Assembly (NCBI GenBank): GCA_003990765.1
Contig: RBNJ01000152.1
Span: 1-39,117 of the forward strand
Direction of reading: 5' to 3'
DNA from: Jimgerdemannia flammicorona
Taxonomy: Eukaryota
DNA: 39,117 nucleotides
Notes under the pieces: model-generated
Told to the model about the DNA's origin: nothing
Database searches by the model: none
Seen by the model: only the letters and a program-made list of their open reading frames with translations
Shown: one piece after another, positions 24,011-37,370 of the stretch
Layout of the letters: each line of letters starts with the position of its first letter
How positions within the stretch are numbered: the first letter of the stretch is position 1
Translations under genes and position numbers: made by a program

Positions 24011-24440
24011 GGAGGCTTAGCTTTAATATTTCGGAAGCTCGCGAAAGACCATTTTAGGCAAACGCCTTATAATTATATTTTTGCAAGTTCTTATCAATGA
24101 ACAAGGACTGTTCAAGTACGTGGGCATGATTTGATATTTCATGTAATACTTCCTATCCCCCTTTTATGCTCCTTGGCCACTAGACTATGTTTGATATTGA
24201 CAGCATCAGGAAACACTGACCTAGATTCTCTATTGAAAAATTTCGTGAACAAAGCTCAAGATCGCTCTTTTTTGAGAACAATCAGAGCACATAATCCAAG
24301 AACCGTTATTCCCACGCCACTTATGTATCTTGCATGCATCCACCGGGTCAAGAAGCTGTCGACCTGCATGTCGCAAAAAAAAGAAAAAATCACTAAGAGC
24401 GAAATCTCAAAGGTTTTTCTAAAAAATATATATAGACGAA

Positions 24441-27400
24441 TCAAAATACCTTCATTGCCAAATTAATCAAGGTTGGGTTCACAACCACATTCTCAAACTG
24501 CTCCTCCACCTTTTTATCGTTCGTCACGGAATACGAATCTTCTCTTCGGACGACAATCATGTTGAGCAGCTGCGGCGGGCCCCGTGCCAACAACCTAAGC
24601 GCGGGGGACTGATGTAAAATCCGCTCGATCCCACCCTTGATTATATCGCAGCTGAAATAAATACGCCGAGAGTCGATACGGAACGCCTGCGTGTCCGACA
24701 TAATGTTCAGGTACATGCTGAGCGCAAGTCGCAGGCTACGGTAATCGTTGTGAACCCACGCTGTTACCACTTCGTAGAGCGTCAAGTCGTCCTCCGCGAC
24801 GAATTCGCCGATGGCGTAGCCGACGACATCATCGACCTGTAGAAGGATTTTGGCAGCTGAAGTGAGAGAGCTTTTTCAATAAGTAAGCGTAATGGTTACA
24901 GTTAAACTTACGGTGACAGTGTCGACCAGTTTCATGTGGCTAATTGAACCATGCTTTACGGAAATTGGTAACCGGAAAGAGACTACTCCAGCATAATTGC
25001 TTTTCCAGTCTTTCCCATTGTCTGATTCTCCGGTTTGCTTGTGAGATGAATCGAGAAAACCTAAGAACTGTTCCACAGATTCGCATCCATCTCGGCCTCC
25101 GCGGTGACGCCATACTCTTTTTCCCCCCAAATTGAGAATACATTGTTAATTGAACCTTGGTTCTCAAATACAACCAAAAATTATGTGCCCTTCAACATAC
25201 TTATCCTCGTTCTTGTATATCCACTTCATTACCTCCGCTTGCATAAATTTGCTCAATTCGGATAATCGCATAATATGTAGGTTATCCTTCAACACTTTCT
25301 TCATATTCTTTAACTGTACACATCCAACATGTGGAATAAAAAATTTAAATATATAAAAATATAATTTATCAGAAGAAAAAACATTGTTACAAAATTTACT
25401 TGCCTTTGGCAGAACATACGATCGTTTGCCGTCTTGTAGTTCATCATTGTCAAGCAACAAAACCAGATGATTCATGAGCTCGTGGAAATGACTACGGTTG
25501 TCGAAAAATAAAGCTTCTGCGTCTACAGTTCGGATCCATGTCGAGACGTGTGATAATGCGAGTTGGACAATGAATGATACAGCCATTTCCTATATGATTT
25601 GATAATTCACTAATTCTGTCAGATCCCTGATATTTTGTATTCAGTGTGGAATGGCATGCCAGAACCAGAATCATTGCATACCTTGCAATCAAGTTGCTTG
25701 AAACGCTCTTCCTCATCTTTAATCTGATGTTCTGATGGCACAATCCCTCTATCCAGATCCAAAACCGCCTCTGCCGTATCCTCCCTCCTTTCCCGTGCGT
25801 TGGTTGTGGATGGCAACTTTCTTTGCCACCGTTCGTAATCAAACGCCTCTGCAAACTTCGCTTCGTTCACGTTTCCGTAAGCGCAAATGTCACTGATGAC
25901 GGTCGATATCAAATGCCCCACCGGCAAAAACGCAGACAACACTGGCGACCGACGCAGGTGGTGTCGCACGAACAAGGTGAAGATCCTTCCGGCGAGATCT
26001 TGGTTATGGAAGCGAGATTGAGCTGCGTAGTCTTTGACTGTTGTTTCCGTGATACGGATCGGAGTAGATGATGTGGGCGGTTTGACAGGCGGGTTTATGG
26101 AGGGATTGGCAATCTTTCTTTGGAGAGGTTCATCTTCAATGGGCGATGGCAAATGTGGCGGCGGAACGTTGAGCACATTCGATGTTGTCTCGTACAAAAT
26201 CCCTTCGGTAGAAGAATATGCCTCCGCCACAGCATCCAAGGACTCTGGTAACAACACGACATCTTCTCCTGCTCTAATTTTTTCTGGAGCATAATCGTAA
26301 TAGGACGCCATCTCGGTAAAGAAATCCTTACAAACAGTCAACACAGAGGACATTAGGACCGGCTTGATGCCCGCGTCAAGTATGAGCGAGAAAGTGCGAG
26401 GATCTGGAAATCGGAGCGGCAAGATGATGGCTGGAACGTACGGTGTCTGCATATCCGTATTATGCGGTGGTGAGAGCAGATTTCGGAAGACAGTCAGCCA
26501 GATCTTGCTTGTATCGAAAATATGTCCGTTTGTATACGCCTTGAACACATAGAGCCCTTCATCAGTCATAAGTGTCTCCACGTTCTCAATCTCCTTGGCA
26601 ACGCCATCTGACTCATCCAGAATCCTGATCAACAGACTGTCGCACCGAAATCCAATCTCGAGGGGTCTTTCACAATGGGAACCCTTTGGGGAATAGCACC
26701 CAGCGATGGAATCAGGACACGACGACAAGCAGGCAAAGAAAGATGTTTCGATTCTGACGGTGAGGTTCTTGAGCGCGTCACGTTTTACCAACAGCATGGA
26801 TTTCTGCAATTCATATGAGGCTTCGATTTCATCTTCTCGAGCGAGCAAGTCAAACTACAAAAAATCGAACGTCACAGTTTAGTTTTTTTTTTTTTTTTTT
26901 TTTTTTAAGAATATATATATATATATATACTTTCACCTAAAACAAATGTAAACCTTATACCTTGGCATCCACCAATTCTGGTATCTCCTTCTTCCGCAAA
27001 GCTTGATCTACTGCACGCATCGCCAATGCCCTTTTTGACTTGAGCTCATTCACGCTATCATTAGCCCCGAATAACTTTGCAACATCTACGTTCGCACCAT
27101 TCGCCAAAATCACAGTATCACATCTAGCCAACCTTAGCATTCGCAGCACAAGATTCTGAAAACAATCATGCAACGTTATACGATACGATGTCTCCGCATT
27201 ACCGAGCGGCACGTCAGAGAACTGAAGCCTCAGCTGAACATTTTCGAAGAGGATAGAATGATATCCAGCGTCTATGAAACGAGTCCGGAGGGATCGATTA
27301 TTGGGATGAGAGGCTATGAACGAGTGAATGTGGAGTATACGGTGGGCGAGGCGATCTGAGGGTGGGAGCATGGGGTTGAGGGGCAACTGGCTGGACAGAA

Positions 27401-30400
27401 ACTCGCGAAGAATAGTTTTGGCGTAGGCTTTGATGGGCTTGTAGTGCGCGATGTCTAGATGTTCGATGCGAGACACGGCAATCCCAAGGGCGTGTACGGT
27501 TTCTTTGTCGTTGATGACTTCAGCAGGAAGGCGTGTGGTGAATAGGGCATGGGTCTCTTCGGGCGAATGATTGATTGCGTCCAGAAGAGTCGGAGCTGGA
27601 GATTTGTCTTCGTCGTCATCAGAAATAATACGGAGGAGGGAGACAAGCAAAATATTGTCGGTGGCTGTGGAGACGACGTCGGCGCTGATCCTGTGCATTT
27701 CAAGATGTCAATCCAAGGCCTGAACCAACTGTCCGGAAACTAATATCCAAGTACATACCTATTCATTAATAAATTATCTTCAAACTCTTTAAGTATGGCT
27801 AACACCAACGGTTCCACAAACGTATATGTTGCGAACGCCTTCTGCTCCATAAAACACACCGATAACATCGTGCTCACTGCCTCCAATCGCTTCATATTAA
27901 CCGTGCGTTCATTAACCAGTTTCTCAACGATAGTCGCGTACATATGATGGGTGAGCTCCGGTCTACATACCCGGTGTAAGGCGTATACATCCTGGCGCCT
28001 TGCCTTGCGGATCATGCCGCGAAACATCCGCGTAATCCCAATGATATGTGCAGGAAATTGGGTACAGAAGAAGTCGAAATCGGTGTTCAATATCAGCAAG
28101 GAAAGTGATTGTTGATGCACACGGTCAAGGACGAAGCGATCCAGGAGCTGGTCGGAGAGATCCCGGAGGTCGGTGAGCATATCAGTGTTAGAACCATTGT
28201 GGGTGCCAAGCTTCAGGATCAACGGGAGTCCGGATGAGAGGAGGTCGGGAGATGGCTTCCCCGATTCGAAAACGTTATTGATACTTTCCAGCATGTGGTT
28301 GAGTAGCTGTGGTTTTTCATCAGGTGATAGTCCCTCTACACACTCTACATTTTCCATTAACTTTTTGATCTCAACGAAGAATTGAAAGGCCGAGCAACGC
28401 GCCAAAACGACACCAGCGGTACCCACGCCAAAGATATGGGTTACAAGAGACAAACTACAAGAGTCTTTCAAGCAAGATGGGATGGTGACAGCAAATGTGT
28501 AAACAAGATCTTGATCAAGTAATAGCAGAGCCTTGCCAAGAGAAAGGAGATTGACAACTAGTGATAAAAATTCGGCGTCTTCGAGAACATTTTTGGGATC
28601 CTCAGCGTCATCCTCCTTAAATTCTTCTTCCAGACTTGTCTCGCCATTCGTGGAGAAGGGCTGTGTGGTAACTATATCAGCTGCCTCAGTTTGTTCATTC
28701 AACCCATTCACCTCATTTTTTATGCTGGAAGTCTCAATGGTCTCGTTAACAACTGAATCACGCATGTTTTCTTTATCATCCACAGAATGAATAGTATCTC
28801 CAGTTCTTATAGTGTGATCCATCTGAGGTACCAAACTCTCCCCCACCGACTCTATCTTGACTTCCTCCTGCAATGCCGTTCGCTCATCTCCCCTCTTTTG
28901 CCTTCTCCTAGGTTTCCGCACAGGTCGATACTTTTCTATCAATCCCTTCAAGAACCAAAACCCTTCCTTCATGACTTTCTTATACTGCTTGCTCTGGAAC
29001 GCCAGTTCCCCCAACTCCATCATGCGCACGTGTGTTTCTGGTTGATCGGCAAGTTTAATCCCGACGAGCGGTCCCATGAGGTTGGGCAGATACAGGCAAA
29101 CGAAGGCGAGAGGTGCCCAGCCATGTTCGAGTGCCGTAGCGAGAAGTGAGAGCATCGCGGATGCAGTAGGCAGTGTAGTGTGGTGGGAGAGGAGAGCCGG
29201 GAGGATGTGGCGAAGAAAGTGAGTAGTCACGCGGGTAGAGTGAACGGCGAGGCAGATGCGGGTTGTGTGGATGAGGTCCGGGATAATGGATGGGAGAAGC
29301 GTTGCAGGAAGGTCGACGAGAGTGAACATGAGGAGGGGCCAGGTTGCAGGTGTAGGCTCGAGGATAGGCGGTAGAGGTTCAAACGGTGAGGCAGGTTCGC
29401 TTGTTGCCTCTGCTAATGTCAAGGTTTTGATGGTGGAAATATCATCTGGGGAATTGGGTTCGGCTATGGCCTGCGTATCGAGGAATACTTCATCGCCGGT
29501 AATCTCAACAGCAGGTATGCTTTCGGACAGAGCCTCATTATCAGGTTCAACCTCGATGGCGGGTTCATCAACGGGCTCGCATAGATAGGTGTACAAGAAG
29601 TTCACCAACTGTGAATATACTTCAACGTCTCCTAAAGGTAACCCTATTTTCTCTAAAGACGAGTACAAATTCAGTTCATTCTCTAGCCAGCGCGACCAAT
29701 GCTCTTGGATGTCATCTCCAATTTCCATTCTCGCGTGTCTCGTAGCTTTAAAACACTCCACCAGGATTTGAAATCGAGCAAGAGAAATAGGGGTTGACAA
29801 GCCCTGGAAAGCCGACGCATCGCCATTTGCCCAATATACTCCGCTCGTGACGATTTTCTCGTACGCCTCCCTCGTTCGCCAATCCATCTCGTTCAACTTG
29901 TGCTCCGGAATGATGCCAAGCGCCTCCGCCACAGTGGTGTAATACGCGGCCAACGCAACCCAGCGTAGCCCCTCGTGCGGATCCCAGGCACAGATGGCGG
30001 GATACATGTGGCAGACGCACACAAGGCACTTCGTGAACACGGCGTCCGGGAGCTTTTTATCCTCGGGGAGCGTGATCAGCTGGACAAGAAGGGATATGGA
30101 GCGGGTGAGGTGGTCATGACGGCGGAGAATGTCGGGCTTGCAAGTGACCATCCGAATCGTGATCTTGTTGATAAGGCGGATGACGTCCGAATCGTCGATT
30201 ATGGTGTCGAGTCCCATCCTGCACAATTGCGGGAGGAGGAGTTATTTCTTCGCGTTTTAGCGGCGGGGGATCAGTAACGGAGATCAAGGCGAAGCAAGAC
30301 TCACACGAATATTTCCAACGGGTTCAACTTGAACCATTGACGATCCTGCAGCTCGCCATACGATTTGTGTGACAACTCGAACAGAGCGAGACGGAAGTCA

Positions 30401-30477
30401 TCCCATCCCATGACGATATCCACTTTGGGTGGCGGAGACTGGTCTGCAGCTGGTGTAGTTTCGCCGTTTCGTTCCAT
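24441..30477 (-). CDS. Large uncharacterised protein (~1811 aa), helical N-terminal/middle region with C-terminal GNAT-like acyltransferase domain; exons 30477-30305, 30218-27759, 27690-26961, 26854-25682, 25589-25404, 25313-25201, 25116-24912, 24836-24441
   Basis: Seven 68-106 nt introns with phase-consistent donors (GTGAGT, GTATGT, GTATAA, GTATGC, GCAAGT, GTATGT, GTAAGT) join the separate ORFs into one 5436-nt frame. The last exon VVGYAIGEF...YEVVTAWVHNDYRSLRLALSMY resembles GNAT motif A. An alternative ATG lies at 30525. Confidence 0.75.
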
Positions 30478-30982
30478 GAAAATAGGACGTAAAAGTGTGC
30501 GAAAGCAAGGAGGGTCTGCAGTCATACTAACGTGGCTTGGCTGTAATATTGAGGAATATTAAGGTTTAGGTCTTTGAATGATACCAAATCCTTTCGCATT
30601 ACCTACGCATTATTAACCAAAATATTCAACCTTTGCCTTTGGCTTCACCCTTCATCGAGGATTTCTTCCTATTACAGTTGTGATCGCTGCTCCGGAAGAG
30701 ATAATATTTGATGGGATTGGGTATTTTTGTGAGGTTCAAGACGCAGCCGCGACTGCTCTTTAATTCCCATTTACTTAGTGCCCCTCTCGGAAGAGATCAT
30801 TCTCCCCATCCTCTACTCCTTTCCAACCACCAGCCTCATCCGCCTCACCTATGTACTGATACTTAATTACCTGCTACTTACTAATTTGATATGAATACCA
30901 CCTAGTCCTGTCAATTATTTAATCTGATATTTATATTAAGTATAATATATAAGTATAATTAGATATATAATAATATATAAAC

Positions 30983-31446
30983 TGTAACAGTTCTAGTTTC
31001 TTTAAGAGGAAGTGGCTAAATCTGGAAGTTCTAGTTGGCCTAAAGTAGCTTGAAGAGATATTTAAAGGTTCAAGTGTTCTTGAAGGATTTCTGGGAGAAA
31101 ATATTCTGAGCTTTATTCAGGCAGAGAACAAGGATATTTATACATGATCTGAAAGAAAGATCCAGAAGGATCTTGGAAAGAAAGAGAAATGTCAAAAAAT
31201 AGGTTCTCAACAAAGCTGACTAATATTATTCTACAATGTTCCAAAAGGTTTCATGACTAGCTAAGATAAGATACTTGGTATTAAGGAAAGACAAGAATGT
31301 TCTAGTAGTGTCTAGGCACTGAGAGAAGGTTTCTAAGCAAGTAGAAGATAGCAGAACATAGTAGAATATTTAAGAAATGACAAGAAAAGACTAACTAAAA
31401 GATGCGAAAATGTACTAAGACTAAATATGACTGTGAAATTGTTACA
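30983..31446 (-). mobile_element. Solo LTR (464 bp) with 5-bp target-site duplication
   Basis: TAAAC|TGTAAC...GTTACA|TAAAC. Minus-strand TATAAATA (31142-31135) followed by AATAAA (31117-31112). Confidence 0.88.
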
Positions 31447-34400
31447 TAAACTATATATTGACTACATACGTATATTTATTAGATATCAAATTTATATTAG
31501 AGATAAAAAGATCAATATAATTGTTTTTTATATAGTAATTTATATATTATAAAGCTAAGAGAAAGTATATTATACTTAAGTTAAGAATTACAAATAGATT
31601 CTTAATATTTAAATTTATTTAAAGATAAAATCATTATTAAAAATAAATAAATTTTTAAATTTTTAATTAAAAATAAAAATTAATTAATTTTATTTACTAA
31701 AAAATAAATGTATAAAATATATATCATCAAAAAAAAATCTATTAGTCTCTATTATCATTAACTTTAAAGAAAAAAAAAAAACAAGTTAAGAGAATTTACT
31801 TCAAAACTTTATACTAACTATAAGAAATTTAATAAAGTAACTAAAAAGAACTATTAGTCTCTATCTCTTATCAGTAATATCCTAGTTATACTAGAAGATA
31901 AAGACTAATACTCAGTACTCTAAATAGATGCAATTTATCTAGATAGGATTCAATTCAGATTCATCATATAATGGATTTGAATTAATTTGAATTAATTCTG
32001 TGATCTAATCTAGATTGATCCAGATTGATCTAGATCACTTGAAATCTTTAGTGACATCATCCTTTCTTTATCTTTAGTGATATCATTCTCTTTATTCTCC
32101 TTTTCTTTGTTCTCTCTAATATTCTAATACTCCTTTTTATTTCTCTTACTACATTACAAACAAATAAATAACAACTCTTAATTACATATTAGTCTACTTG
32201 TTTTTTTATCTAATAATTATCAAAAGAGGGAATATTTGAGGTAGGAATATACTCTGCTGATAATATTAAATTCTTTCTCATATAAGTAATATATAAGCTA
32301 CCCATTAAGAGCCAAAGTAGTAATAGTAATAGTGATGATAATAGTGATAAGAATGAGGGAGAATTCTGATAATAACTCATAATAATCCTTCAGACCTCAG
32401 AATTCATAGATCTCACTACTATATATATAGCAGCCTTTTTAGAGTAGTCAATAGTAAATATAGATTACCTTTTTGCTACTATATTTAAATTCTCACAATA
32501 TGACTAAGTTTATTTTATACTATTTCCCTTTTTTCCAGAGTCTATAGCTCTATAATAAGATTTGCTAACTTTATTCACAATATCTAGTCAAGATGAAGAA
32601 AGGCTGGAGAATGTGGTGAGATATATCTTTGGTGGCTGAGCTGTTGAGTCAATATATTACATAGTAGAAATCTCAAAAGAATCAGAAGTAAGTCTTTGTG
32701 AGTAATATTATATAACTTATCTATATGTAACTTATCTATAAACAACTTATTCTCATGTTCTTTTTTCTACTTTATATTTTATTTAACTTTATTTTTATAT
32801 ATTCTTTTCTAAAAACTTCTACATAATACTTATATATAATCTATCTATATACTTAACTCAGCCTACTACTCATATCAAGACTCAGTTCTACTATAGAGGA
32901 GAATTCAAAGTTACTCAAGTTCAACTATATCTGGTATCTAAAGTTTGAGGGTAAGTTATTCAGTATGAACAATACTAGTATTACTATTAAGGCTTAAGGG
33001 TCTATATTCAAATCAGAGCTAATTATTCTCAATCAAGAAGCCTATTGACCTGCTGGAGTATTCAATGATGAAAAAAACTACATCATTGTTAATAAATATA
33101 GAGAGGTTAAGTAAGAAATCTCTACAGTGACAATCTTTATTACTATATCAATGAGGTTTATAAGAATTATATCAAATACTGGATAGTAGAAAAGAGGAAG
33201 TATAAAAAGCAGAGAGGGGGAGTTTAGACAGGAATCAGATATACTATAACATTGGTAAAAGGTAAGTTCTCCAGAGTTTTTTCCATATTTGTCTTCTTTT
33301 TTTTAGATTTTCTTTACTAATCTATTTTTGATAAATTTCCAGAGATATACAAAATTCTGTATCCTTATTAGAACTTTAGAAGTACTATTAAAGAATAAGC
33401 TGCATGTGAGCATGATATGGTCTGTATATCAATAGCAGCCATGATCTGAGATTCTTTGAGCAGATTACTAAACTGAATAGTAGGTCAGCTTAGTAATACT
33501 CTCAGTATTACTATATATATATTTTTGATATAATTTAGTATACTATATGAGATAAGAAGCTTAACTTTTTTTTGATATAGTCTGAGAGTTTCTGTTCCTA
33601 TATGTGAAAAGGAAGAATTTAACCAGATACTATCTATTTTAGTAGATTTCTAAGCCAGAGCTCTCAGGGCTAAATAAAGGACAGATATCCTCTAGTACTG
33701 TCTGGCAATATGAGGTCCTGAGTTAAGAATTCACCCAACCATATACTCATATCACATTGGGGTATGTCAGGTGTAATATTTCTCTATTCACACATATAGA
33801 TAATAATATTACTCTGGTAATATTTTATATTTCAGAAAGGAAGGGCCTAACTTGGGAGAATAGCATTGATATCTAGTATGACCTTATCTATGGTTTTAGG
33901 GTCCTATTTGTGGCCAACATGGCCATCTTATTTCAACCACATAATCTCTATGATACTGTCACTTTTGAGGAGAGCTCAGATACTACAGTCATTATACTTA
34001 TAATAGATGATAGGCTTATCAAGACCTAGGACTAGTAGGTGGAGTAGTTTTGTGAATAGATAGCCTTTTATATAGATTAGGCAGTCTTTTGTGAGGGTTA
34101 GGCAGCTGGATATCTCTTTTTGTTTATAGTACTAGTTTTCAGCTTTTAGCTTTTTGCTAAGCTCTACTGGTCTCTTAGTTCTGCTTTATAGTACTACTAG
34201 TTCAGTACTATGATATAGAGCCAGAGTACCTATAGGGCCCAAATCTGTACCAGAGTCTGATCTATATTAGAGTCTGATTACTTAAAGTTGCTTCTTATAG
34301 TAGGTCAGTAGGCTGCAAATTCTGCATACTCTCCAACTTATACTCTATACCAACTTATACTTAGGGCTACTCCTTGCTATTAGTAAAGAACCACAAATTT

Positions 34401-35300
34401 TGCACACTCTCTCTATTAACTCCACCAACCCCACTAATCTCTACTCTGCTCTTTTTGTTTTGCAGTACTAGTTTTTGCTTTTGCTGAGCTCTACTGGCCC
34501 CTTAGCTCTACTTTGTGGTACTACTGATATAGTGCTATAGTATAGGGCCAGAGTGTCTATAGGGCCTGAATCTGTACTAACATTCAATCTGTACTAGAGT
34601 CTGACTGCTTAGAGATGCTTCTTGTAGTTGGTCATTGGGCTGTAAATTCTGCATGCTCTCTCTGATCTGGACTTTCTATACCAACTTGCAGCTTGGGGTT
34701 ACTCCTTGTTGCTGGTAGAGGGCCATAAATTTTGCACACTCTCTTCACTAACCCTGTTGACCTCCACCAACCCCCTACCAACCCTGCTGACCTCTACCCT
34801 ACTTGGGATAGCAAGGGGTCACAAATACTGGTATACTCTTGAGCTAAACTCTTCCTTTTTTTTTTTCTTTAAATAATTTACAAAAAATAATTTATTTCTA
34901 ACTCTTTTTATTTAAAGCTGCAGAACTTATCCAATTTTAGCAGTCTATACTTCACTAAGACTTTAGGTATATGTAGGCCTAGATTGCCTTAGTATTCAGT
35001 ATACACCTCTTAGGGGAAATGAGATTCATTCTACCAGAGAACACCTGCTCAACTAGAGTACTGATGATAGGAATGGCTAGATAGTTCTGAGCTATACTAT
35101 ATAGGATAGGAAAGTCTGTTTGATGCATCTGTAGCTATATATTCTGGGGGTCAGAATGGTGGTTAGAATAGTGGTTAGAATAGTAGGTAAAATTGGCCCA
35201 ACCCTACCAACTATCTGTAGAAAGACAACTCACCTTCTACCAGTTAAGTACCTCTATATCCTCCAGTAGGACCATATAGTTGCTAGTGAGATAAATGATA
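31447..35300. repeat. AT-rich, CpG-free decayed repeat DNA of unassigned type
   Basis: No ORFs and visible TpA excess. A GATCC/GATTC-type pentamer cluster at ~31943-32040 resembles a DNA-transposon end. Confidence 0.6.
34114..34800. repeat. Diverged ~335-bp tandem duplication (34114-34449 and 34450-34800)
   Basis: Shared blocks AGTACTAGTTTT, GCTCTACTGG, CTATAGGGCC, AGAGTCTGA, AAATTCTGCAT, CTATACCAACTT and AAATTTTGCACACTCTCT. Confidence 0.85.
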
Positions 35301-36073
35301 AGTTTGTCTATTGATGACAATTCTTTTACTGATAGTTCCCTCTTTCTCTTTCTACTGAAGTAAATATATAACAAAAGAGATTCTTTGGTATATTTGTCTA
35401 GACTTCAACTAGAACCTTATGGTAGTATATAGTTTTTTCAGTAAGTTTCAATTATAACTTACTTGGCTTCTTTAAGATAGTGCTGCTCTCAGCTCTAATT
35501 TTTATATTTTTTTTTTTTTTTTGCTAGGCCCAGCTCTGATCTTTGTAGTATTATAGCTTTAAGCATAGATTCAATACTGTTTTGAGAAAGAGGGTGATTT
35601 TTGCAAAGATTTTTCTTTTTTTTTGCAAGGAGCAACTACTATGCTGATATATCTATACTGATTAAATATATTGGGGCATCTGTTTTGGAGTAGTATTTTC
35701 TAAGCTTGTTCAGAGCAACTACTATAGCATCTCTCTGATCTGGGCTAAACCAAAAATTACTACTATTCTCTAGCTTTTCCTTAAGCTTGTCCTTTAGTTA
35801 GTTAATCAAAAGATTATATACTGATATTGCAGAGCTTATTGTTAGAGTGGTTTGTTTGATAATATTTTTTATATAATCATTAAAATACTAGTAGTTAAGA
35901 ACAATATATTGTTACATTACTATACAGAGACAGACAAAATAAATATAGAGCCAAAGCAATCATCACTTACTTTCAAAACTCTAATAATATTCCTTAGTTC
36001 ATCTCACTTACTTTCATCTATAGTATCACCCTACATTTTCTTATTAGTAGCAACTGTAGAATCTATTGACTTA

Positions 36074-36109
<36 letters not shown>

Positions 36110-37300
36110 ATCAGTTTGAAATTAATTAATTAACAATTCTCAGTCTTCTGAAACAATTTACTTCAGCTAACCAAAAAAAGAGTACATACTATAGCAAACT
36201 CCAGCATATACTGGATCATTATAAATGTCAAGTTCCAATATATACAGATATCTAATATCAGCTCTTTTAGGACTAAACTGATTGTTTTATACTATATAAC
36301 AAATTTGTCTTATTATTGTAGAGATGATTAGACCAATATAACTAGTTTGTGTAGCTTAGAAATAATATTCAGAGTTCTTTAACTTCTGGATGTTTTGTCT
36401 ATATACATAAGATAATTCTGAATAGCAATATGGACCTGACAATATACATAGCAGTTTTCTGCACTGAAGGCTACATTTTTCTATTAAAGGTTAGCTACAA
36501 AAATGTTGAGTTATTTGTAATATTATCTATTATAATGGCCAAAATCTATACTTGAAATTTTCTATTGGCAAATTTATGTAAAAATAGATAACTATTAAAA
36601 TATATTTTATTTTAAAACTTCTCTCAAAATGCCAACCAGATAGTAATCCCCTATTTTTTACTTTCATTGTGATCCTAAGCTCTCAAATACATATAACTAA
36701 TAAAAGTATCTACAATATTTTCTCCTGAATGAGAATCAGTAAGTTTGATAAAGTTGAGGATAAGAGATTTAAGTTGCCAATTGAGGTCAATCTAATGACT
36801 AGTAATGTTTAAAAATGAAATTACATTGAGAGATATCTATGTATTAATTATAAATAAAATTCTGTCTGCTGAATTCTGTTTATTGAATGTGAGATTAAAT
36901 TGGTGAGCTCTTTATATATATATGTATATAATTACTTATAATAGTCACAGTATTGCTCTTATTTATTTATTTTACCTAAAGTATCTAGCAAAGATTATTA
37001 TATTTCTTTCTATAGATCTCCAGAATATCTTTACAAATAGTATCAGTACTTGGCAGATATAAATCATATTTGAGGAGATCAAAGATACTACATATGCAAC
37101 TGGTAACTCTCAATAATTGTAAATAGTTGATCTATATATACAATTTAGCAAATAAATTAATTTCAAAATTCTGCTGAAGAATATGACTAAATATTTTTGA
37201 TTAAATAGAGTTATTGATATAGAATTAGTTGGGCAATCAGATAAATATACCCACTATAGCTTGAATATTGATTTTATTTATTTTTATATTCTTTTTGATT
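35300..37300 (-). mobile_element. Decayed hAT (Ac-like) transposase pseudogene; boundaries approximate
   Basis: Minus-strand relics in the correct order: DQLFTIIES (~37130), LPSTDTICKDILEIY (~37056), SLNVISFLNITSH*IDLNWQLKSLILNFIKLTDSHSGENI (~36835-36715), and KELILDICIYWNLTFIMIQ (~36268-36210), which back-mutates to DVxTRWNST. Confidence 0.85.
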
Positions 37301-37370
37301 TTGTTAGAGTATTTGTCTTTTATATATTAAGCTTATTTTAATGTATCTTTATCTTCAATTACTAGTATTG

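Noticed and set aside
25166..25176. 11-nt match (AAATACAACCA) to the flank beyond the Fanzor hairpins as a guide target
   Set aside because: Too short and AT-rich to distinguish from chance, and the guide boundary is unknown.
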